Under the pieces are notes generated by a model. It worked only from the letters and a program-made list of their open reading frames with translations. It did not search any database and was not told the DNA's origin. From contig VRVR01000002.1 of assembly GCA_009859145.1 (NCBI GenBank), positions 1-64,000 of the forward strand: a DNA stretch of 64,000 nt, written 5' to 3'. Source of the DNA: Andalucia godoyi And28. Taxonomy: Eukaryota > Protista > Jakobida. Below are positions 1-8,700 of this stretch, piece by piece. How positions within the stretch are numbered: the first letter of the stretch is position 1; every line of letters begins with the position of its first letter. The position numbers and the translations under genes were made by a program.

Positions 1-668
1 TCACCACACTCGTGGCATATCACGTCGGAGTTTTCCTTTTTCACCGCGGCTCGGGGTTCGCCAGATGGCACCTTGCTGGTGAAATTTTCGCGACTCGGAG
101 CAGTTGGTGTCGGGGTGGGAGTCAAAAGGTTGACTTCCGATGCCATATCAGACAAACATTCAGCTTCCTCGATTGCGAACTGCTTTGCTTCAGCCAGCGT
201 TGACGGTTCTCGAAACCGGACCCGTTCGGCGAGTCGCACGGGTTTAAGTTTTTCTTCAAACAGCTTACGTAGCTGCTTGTCGGAGGGGAGAACACCCTCA
301 CAACGTTGCTCTTCCTTATCGAACAGTAAGATAAAACTCAGAAGCGCATCCATTGACACTCCACGGCCGTTCGGCATTGAAAGTTTGCGGAACCGGTCAT
401 ACGCGCTCAGCGCCGTTGAGGGTACGAAAAACTTGGATACGAGACAAATGAGGGTTTCTTCGTCGATCTCAGAAGATTTTTCATCAGATTTAGGCAATCT
501 AATGGAGATGATTCTCAAAACTGAATTGCTGATCAACTGCTTCAGATTTCGGATTCCGCCACGACTCTTATAACCGTCATAAGCATCAAGAAAAGCGGAC
601 CACGAAGCTGCTGTCAGGGTCTCCAGGTACGGAGGGGTGTTCGCGAACATATACTGTTGTTCCTGCAT
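1..668 (-). mobile_element. Retrotransposon (Ty3/gypsy-like) gag ORF, 5' part; continues beyond the left window edge
   Basis: Manual translation from ATG 668 (MQEQQYMFANTPPYLETLTAASWSAFLDAYDGYKSRGG...LKPVRLAERVRFREPSTLAEAKQFA...VICHECG) is open to position 1. It ends at the start of a CX2C zinc knuckle after a capsid-like 'P.TL.EA...A' helix. It is absent from the ORF track because it has no stop in the window. Confidence 0.7.
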
Positions 669-2086
669 TTGCAAGAGAAGTCGAGTATTAATACTGTGAC
701 ACGTTTAAACAAAGAACATCTGATTTTTTACGAAATAAATAAGAAATACCAAATCAACCGTTCGAAGCAATTTCAAACTGCCAACAAAACACACAAACAT
801 CCAGATGTCGACACATGTCGACATGACACGCTGTACCTCGCCATGCGCGCCGCCCGATGATCACGCATGGTACAATAAAGAACCCAATCTGGATGCAGTG
901 CTCTGCTTACTCTGTATAACTCAACGGAATGCAACAGGTGACACCCTTCCTGTCTCTTCTCTGCGAGCGTGGTTAGTGTCGCGCCGGGCAAGAAGAAGGC
1001 TCGGAACACACGCATGGGAGGGCCCCCGTGCCACATTCCATCACTGGATGCAGCGGCGAGGACAGATTCGTTGTTGAAAAAATATACTGATAAAAAGCGA
1101 CTGTAGTCGGGAATTAGGTAATTAATATTTTACGTATAACTCCTAAACGGCGTCGTCCCCAAGAGAATTTCTTTTGCCAGATTGCTCGCCGTCCCCGACT
1201 CTACCAGTCCCCAGCATTACCTCAGAAAAAGTGCTGTGGACCATTTTCCGTATTTGTGACGCTTGAGATCTTCGACTGCATTCAGACAGTGAAGCAAACG
1301 CAGGAGCTGTCAGCCATTTGCGAGGTACCGTTTGTGTCTAGCCGCGGTCGTCCGATGATCCGGAGTTCCTATGCTGGACGAGAGCACACTCACCGCTCAC
1401 CCATCACCATGAGCACTGCTCCCAAACATGACCCATGGTGCATGTCGCTGCAACAGCGTCTCTGCGAGAAGAAAGGCTTCCCGCCAAAAAACCCACTGTA
1501 GTTGAAGAGGAAAGCATGAATTAGCAGAACGTCGGGAGGCATAACGGCTCTCAGACAAAACCCCCCGGTGCGTGTGGCACACCGTTGCATTCGCGTGAAC
1601 GAGCTCTACATACCCCCGGTCTCAGTCTTGGAATTCGTCGGATTGCAAACTCCCTATTTTATTTTGCAAGTCGCTTTTTCCCCTTCATCAGCCAAGACCG
1701 TTGCCCCTTCGCTTCTTCTCCGTTTGCACACTGTTCTGTGACTCTTGGAATCAATCCGATTTATGGCAATATCTGGAATATGGGGAAGACAAGATGTTAG
1801 GAGAATCAAAAGAAGACGGAAAAAGAGAACTCAGGAATTGGGACAAGTCCGGGAATTCCCAAGAGTCCTCGGATGTAATGATTTTTGGTATGAGCTCGGA
1901 AGTGCTGCTTGCCTGGATGAAGGCAAAAGGCTTCTTGTGGATGACGTCGTCCCGTCCATCGTGCTTGCGGAATGTCTAGGCTCGTTTTACTCGAACCACA
2001 AAAAGCAGCGTACAGCTCTCGAATGCGTGCTGCGGCCACACTGTCCACACTTTCTTTGACCTTCCAATCCAAAAAAGGCGTCGGAA

Positions 2087-2336
2087 CCGCTGCCACTTAT
2101 TGCAATATGATGAAGCAATCTAAAGTGCACGCAAACAAAAACACTGCCACGCGCCATGCGCATGTGTTTCCTATCTTAAGCAACTCCGTCACACGATGCC
2201 CGATTCGTTTCGCCCCATTTTGATCATGAAATCCCTATATAAACACGCCGCCGCGTTGCATTATGCATGTTGTTGGGTTGCAACATTGATTATGGGTGAT
2301 CAGCGATGATTATCCGTGATTAGTGTACAATGTCGG
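2087..2336 (+). mobile_element. Family A copy A1: ~250-bp non-autonomous Fanzor2/IS607-like mini-element (left end fused to right end)
   Basis: 2087-2261 aligns with the reverse complement of 33236-33062; 2262-2336 aligns with the reverse complement of 32608-32534. The Fanzor-coding interior present in the 32.5 kb copy is missing. Confidence 0.8.
2287..2336 (+). ncRNA. Candidate omegaRNA 3' hairpin and terminus (copy A1)
   Basis: 15-bp stem rich in G-U pairs (TGATTATGGGTGATC / GATTATCCGTGATTA, loop AGCGAT) followed by GTGTACAATGTCGG. Same position and 36-nt length as in copies A2 and A3. Confidence 0.55.
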
Positions 2337-2816
2337 CGCGTCCTTCAATTGCTGGACAAACAAACGCAGAGACTCGCGACCGGCCCAGCACCGAGGCATC
2401 ACGCGAGGCATCTAACAGACTGTTGATGATTTCTCCTCGAATCGCAAAAGTCCTATTGCAGGCTGTTCTTATCAAGAACGATGGCCATCGGCTGCAGCCA
2501 CGATGAGCACGTCGCCGAAAGCAATACACATAGTGGTCAAGCTGGCTTGCGTGCAGGACACGTCGACTTTTCATGAAGTCCATTTTCGGCGACTTTTACT
2601 GCAAATGTCCGTTTGTGCGGTTTTTCTTGTCACCTCGCGAACTTCAATTTCAGCTTGCCCAAGTTTGCAAAAGTTTCCATTTTTTTAAAGTGTATTTTTC
2701 TTTCCTTTTTTCTTCTTCTTGTTCTTCTTCTCATTCTTTTTCTCGTTCTTATTCTTCTGCAATTTATTGTCTCGCAAACGGACCATAAGGAGACTTGAAT
2801 AAGGGGTGGAGTGCAC

Positions 2817-4298
2817 ATGGGAACTGTGCAGGAGTATGTGGAACTGGAGGACGTTGACGATGAAGAAATGCCGCTGTCCCCCGCTGCCGACGATAGACTC
2901 TTTGCATGGAAAAAGTTGTGGAAATTCGTAGGTCCGGGCCTCATCATGTCCGTGGCGTTCATCGATCCTGGCAACTTGGAATCGGATCTTCAGGCTGGTG
3001 CCACTGCTGGATTCCAGCTCTTATGGGTGCTTCTTTGGTGCACCGTTCTAGGGTTGTTGCTTCAGTTACTAGCTATGCGACTGGGAGTTGTCACCGGGAA
3101 GACACTGGCGGAAACATGCCGAGATAGATATCCCATGATACCTCGAAGATGTCTATGGTTTCTCATTGAAATGGCAATCGTGGCTTCGGACATCCAAGAA
3201 GTTGTCGGTTCCTCCATTGCATTGAATTTGTTGTCCAACGGGAAGATTCCGCTGTGGGCTGGTATTCTGATCACGGCCGCCGACACGTTCACGTTCTTGC
3301 TGATAGATCGCTACGGAGCGAGGCCGTTGGAAGCCGTCTTTGGTGTGATGATTTCACTGATGGTCGCCACATTTGGGATCGAGTACATTATTGCGAAGCC
3401 CAATCAAGAGTTGGTGTTGAAAGGCCTGGCCATTCCGTACGTTAGCTCAAACAATGTTACGCAGGCAGTGGGCATACTGGGCGCAGTCATTATGCCGCAC
3501 AACTTGTTCCTGCATTCCGGGCTTGTGTTGTCTCGAAAAATTAATCGCTCCGATCAGAAAAGGGTCAGGTCCGCCATATTCTACAACACAATCGAATCGA
3601 CAATCTCCTTGTTCGTTTCGTTCGTCATTAATTTGTTCGTGGTCGCAGTGTTTGCAGAAGCATTCTACGGCAGCGATGATGCAGACGCGATTGGTCTGCA
3701 GAATGCGGGGTACAAACTGCGAGACGTGTATGGTGATGCTGCGTTGTACATTTGGGCAGTCGGTCTTCTTGCTTCCGGACAGTCATCTACAATGACTGGT
3801 ACGTACTCCGGCCAGCTTGTAATGCAGGGATTTGTGAATTTAAAGGTGTCTGCGTGGAAAAGAGTGTTTATTACTCGCTCCATCGCGATAGTCCCAGCAA
3901 TGATTGTTGCACTTGTATCCCAAAGCAACTACGATGTTGTGGATGAATACCTAAACGTTTTGCAAAGCATTCTCCTTCCTTTTGCGCTTATCCCAACACT
4001 GGTCTTCGCGAGTGATCCCAGTATCATGGGTCCGTTTGCGCTGGGGAAAAAGATGAAGTGTTTATTTTGGTTCTGTGCGATGCTCGTACTATCCACAAAC
4101 ATCTATTTGGTCCAAGATTTTGTCGCAACCACTCTGCCACAAACCGGGCTTGTGTATGCTGCAACATCAATCGTTGGAATCTTTTATTTTGCGTTCGTTG
4201 TGTACCTGGCCATTGGACCGGATCGATCCCACAGATTAATACGGGCACTTTCATGCCGGAAGGCGGCTCAACGAGACGGTTTTCAAGCAGTGAATTGA
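2817..4298 (+). CDS. NRAMP: NRAMP/SLC11 divalent metal transporter
   Basis: DPGN motif in TM1, MPHNLFLHS in TM6, GQSSTMTGTYSGQLVMQGF transport signature, ~12 TM segments; first ATG at 2817. Confidence 0.96.
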   Translation: MGTVQEYVELEDVDDEEMPLSPAADDRLFAWKKLWKFVGPGLIMSVAFIDPGNLESDLQAGATAGFQLLWVLLWCTVLGLLLQLLAMRLGVVTGKTLAETCRDRYPMIPRRCLWFLIEMAIVASDIQEVVGSSIALNLLSNGKIPLWAGILITAADTFTFLLIDRYGARPLEAVFGVMISLMVATFGIEYIIAKPNQELVLKGLAIPYVSSNNVTQAVGILGAVIMPHNLFLHSGLVLSRKINRSDQKRVRSAIFYNTIESTISLFVSFVINLFVVAVFAEAFYGSDDADAIGLQNAGYKLRDVYGDAALYIWAVGLLASGQSSTMTGTYSGQLVMQGFVNLKVSAWKRVFITRSIAIVPAMIVALVSQSNYDVVDEYLNVLQSILLPFALIPTLVFASDPSIMGPFALGKKMKCLFWFCAMLVLSTNIYLVQDFVATTLPQTGLVYAATSIVGIFYFAFVVYLAIGPDRSHRLIRALSCRKAAQRDGFQAVN

Positions 4299-4473
4299 AA
4301 TCAATTTCTCCCCCCTCCCCCTATGAGACGCACACAGTCCAGGAATCACTTTGAGAAATACAAAGATGACACCTAATGGACAAAAAGTTGGTCAGCATTT
4401 GAAGGGGGTTTCCTGTAATTGAGAAGAATGACGAGATTTCCGTCTGCGACAATGTCGGCATCGCCAACGGTGA

Positions 4474-4884
4474 ACAGCTTTGTGTATCAACGCTGAACCA
4501 CAAGCAATACGATTTTCTTACCGTGGTCAAGTGTAGAATGTCTTCATTCTTCACTTTTCTTATTCTTTCTATTCCATATTACTGTCTGTGTTTTATATAA
4601 TCGAACCCTCAGGCAGCATCTTTCATCAGAGACAAAACATCACATGGCTCCAAAGACGGGTCTTCCGACAAACCCACACCGGCCATTCCCGAAGATACCG
4701 AGAACCAAGGAATCCGATGATCTCCTCTCCTCGGAGGCCGAGAGCAAGAAGAAGCAATGACCCTTTGGTGCAAAGCAATCTGCATTGAAGAGTTGATGCT
4801 CGTCCCCAAATAAAAACACTTGACTTGGATCTGTCTTCGGTTATAGCTTAGCCCGATGACCAATCATGATTCATGTTTTTGGCG
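4474..4884 (-). repeat. Family B dispersed element, copy B1 (diverged, inverted orientation)
   Basis: Shares both ends (CGCCAAAA(A)CATGAATC ... TACACAAAGCTGT) and internal blocks with 24799-25180, 50339-50993 and 55144-55747. Confidence 0.85.
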
Positions 4885-5780
4885 ACCGGTGCAACAAGAA
4901 TGAGGAGGGGAAAAAAAACCCTGATTGTTTCCAAGGAGATGTTTTACTCGAACCTTTTGGGCCAACCAATATTTTTTATGTTTAACAATCTCGCGCGCTT
5001 GCGGCCAGCTGTGGAGCATGCGAACGAACCCCGGACAAAAACGAGTGATGGGTGGAACGATAATTTGTTTTGGCAAGGAGAACGTCTTCGATTCGTCGAA
5101 GAAGCCATTGCACAGGAAGGAGCGATCCGACCAAAATGATCGCAACCTCCCCGTTTGTTGACGGACCGGTGCAAAACTGCAGAGCAGCCCTTCTTCTGCA
5201 GCTGGATAGAAGGCAGGTTCACGGTGCGATCTCTTTGGACTTGATTTTGGAGCGTGTGTCAGCAAAAGACCACAATCTGATTGCATATCCGAATCGCGCA
5301 CGCCGAAAATTTCTTTCCCTGGAGCGGTTCGTGGACTCGTGTCGGAGCAATATTCTTGAGAATGTTCTCGGACAATCCAGGGGGGGGCCTGCATTGCTCG
5401 CAATCCTTACGTCCTGTCCAGGTCCACAAGGCAAGAACCTTCAAGTCTTGCAGTTGGTTGGACAAATTTGGGAATGCTGTGTCGTTTTGGCAAAATGGAT
5501 GACGTAGCAAAAACGATGGTGACCGGGAAACTCGGGGAAGCACGACAAGCGGAGAGGTTTGTTTGTCTGATTTGCAGCTCATTTTTTACACCATTGCGCT
5601 GTCGATTCGTTCTCCTTCTTTTCCAGCTCTTTCATCGTTGTCTCCTTGTTGGTCAACTTACACCAGTACATCATTTGCAACGGGCAGCACGATTGTTGTT
5701 CATTAATTTTTTTAAATTACTATTGTTCTTTTTTTCTTTTCTTTTCAAAACATTCTTTAATTTTTATCTTATATTTTACA

Positions 5781-8700
5781 ATGGTGAAAACAGCGGAAGG
5801 CTCCGTCAATTCGGATTCTCAAGCGAGTGCGTTCTCGGCAACGTCCGAGCTCCTCCATACCGTAAGTCTTCCCATGGAGTCCTTGTGGAATGTCGTTGTG
5901 GAGTTCAAGGCCGTTATGAATTCCAGGTTTAACCTGACGACTCAGCGCATCTTACTCGTGATGGAGGTTGTCTCCTCGCTGTACTTGTCCTTGTTCATTC
6001 TTGTCGCCCCTGCCTGGAGAGAAGTTCTTACTAACACTCCCGCGCTCTTTTATGTTTCTTCTGTTCCCTTTGCCCTCATATGTGTTTATGGCACGTTCTC
6101 GATTTTCCGTCTGATGCTGACCGTATCCAACCGCGGGACAAACACGATGGTGATTCCTCGAATCCATGGAGCGGGAAAATTATGGAGCCTGCTCGCTGCG
6201 TTGTGGCCTGTGCTGTTTTGCCAGTTCATTAGTGTTCTTCAAGTACTGCTGGCCAGCTCTTCGCTGCCGATCATTTTGTGCTGCATCGTGTATGCTGTCG
6301 GAATCGTTCCTCTCATCACCATTTTAATTCCGATTTTCCACATTTTTTTGTTCCAGACTGTCGTTTTGACCCCAACTCCAAGCGCCGCACTCAGCGGCCT
6401 CCCTCATGTTGTTCGGTACGGATTCCAGCTGCTGGCTGTCTCCATCGGGGTAGCCTCGACAAGCACAACTCTCGCTTATTTGTACTACGTGCCGGTCATT
6501 TTGGCGTCGTCTTTGTGTTTCCTGTGGACCCTGTCCTCAACTCCCCTTTTCAGCGCACTTTCGAATTCCATATGGTGCATAATCTATGGAGTCCACTTCT
6601 CTGTTGCTCTCTATTTTGCGCTGGCAGAGCCTGCGGTTTGGGTTTTGGCGTTACTTATTCTCGGTACCTGCGCAGCATTCGGAGGGCTCATGCTTTTGCG
6701 CTCCCATCTTCTGATCTCATCACTGGCATCCAACGTCGGAACCGCTGCGCTCTCGCAGCGCAAATCTTCTCGAGTTCACTGTGAAACATACGCGTCTCAT
6801 TCCGATCTGAGCCGAAGTGACGGCAAACATGATAGTTTCCGTTCCACAACGTCATCTGAGGCGAGAGATGATGTCGAGTCGCAGCAGTCTGACTGCAGCG
6901 GACCTGTCGGAGCTACGAACTTGCTTGGAGTGTCGGAATCGGTGGATGTGACGAACATGGATGATCCATGGATGTTTATTCGAGTCATGGTACCCATTTC
7001 TCAGCTCCTTGTGCTGGTGAAAAAGTTCTCTTCAGAAAGCGATATGGATCCTGTTGCCGAGGAAGTTGTTCGCCTGTTTGAAGCCGCGATCGAAAAATGG
7101 TCGGGATGCATGGAACTGCGAATTCTGTATGCACATGTGCTTCACGAGATTTCATTATTGTTGGATGAGAAGATCTGGATCCTTCGGATGAATCGTGTTC
7201 TGATTGCAGAAGCATCCTTGACTTCTCGTGTCGACATTCGATTCGAGATGTTCTTTTTGCAAAAACTTCGCCAGCGCTGCATTGGGGATCAGGATTCATT
7301 TTCGTCCGACGCTCGAAGCCTCCGAAAGCGTCTGAGGAAGGTTGATCGGCTCCGATCTCTCGCACTGGGCTTTCAGGCACAATTTTGGAAGACTCTGCTC
7401 GTTGACGCACAGAATCATCATTCGCTGACGTCTCTTATTGACCGAATGGATCATGTGAGCCGAGACGCCATGGCAAATTTCAAGTCAATTGAAGCCACTT
7501 ACGGAATGTTGCCCGAGATTTTGCGATCAAAGGCCCGTTATTTCATTGATGTCTACGGAGACGTTTCGTACGGCCAAGAGATGCTCCTTCGTGCAGATCA
7601 AGTCGAAGAACGTGCTGCAAAGACCTCCTCAGGACATGGTCGACAGGTTCGTCCATCAGAAAGTCAGGAGGAGGATTTATCATCCGTTCCTGATCCACGA
7701 AAACAAATTTCGATCTTTTCCAGTCCTACCAGCGGAGACCGATCACAGTCCATTGCAACGAGTCCAGCTGGGCGCAAGGATGCAAACTTTGGGTCTGCGG
7801 CACATCTGAGCTCGGGCCTTCAGAGCAGCATTCCGATTCCAGGTCGATCTGCAAAGCAACCGTTACGCTCCTCGTTCGCGGAAAAGTCTATTCTTCCTGG
7901 CGGTGATTCCACGGGTGCTTCCGATACTGACGGAATGGATCAAGAAAGTGCAAGTTCGGGTTTGGCAAAGGTCGCAGCGAAGTCCCGAAAAACGTCTCTT
8001 TCAGAAGAATCTGAGAGCGAGCGAGATTTTGAAGCCGCAGAACTCTCTTCTGCGTCCTCTGGATCTGTTCAGGCTGCCATCACGAGATCGAAGCAAATTC
8101 GAGACGACTTCATGGCTCGGGAATCTCGCGGGATTCGCCGTATGCGCTTGATGATCTTCGTTTCCATCTTTGTTTGTTTCGTTGTGTTCGTGGCATTCTT
8201 CACAATGACTATCGTTCTTGTTCAACATCCACTCAGTCACCTCGATGTTCGGTCTGGCTTGCCAACAGAAGATGATCCTGATGCACTGAGTTACAGTTTT
8301 GAAGCAGTGAACAGGCTGTCCAACAGCTTGTTTCTTGCTGGTACCTTGAGCAAAAAGTGGGTAGATGGTTTGGTCGAAGATCACGAACGAGCCAACCTGC
8401 TGCGAGTGACGGAAAGTACACTGGAAGATTACAAACTGTGGTTCTCCAGAACGTTGAGACGAAAACCACAGAATGAGGATGCAATACATGCTCTCAACAA
8501 CAGGTTCGGCGTGTCATCCTTTGCTGCGGACCCGAATCTGAATTACTGGAACTGGACCATGAAGACAGAGATCATCTCGGCCGTCGAGGTTCTGCAGGCT
8601 GTCCAGAATTCATTTTCAGAAGGTGTTGCTTGTTTGAAGGCGCATTCGGTATATTCAAAGGTTTTCAACTCGTCTTCCAGCACGTGGATTTCTCCGACAA

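Noticed and set aside
1080-1215. Imperfect inverted repeat (AGTCGGGA / TCCCCGACT) with CGTCCCC direct repeats, as a MITE
   Set aside because: Short and imperfect, with no TSD or second copy in the window.
4448-4460. ACAATGTCGGC match to the family-A right end
   Set aside because: Only 11 nt, with no upstream hairpin or other family-A sequence; compatible with chance.
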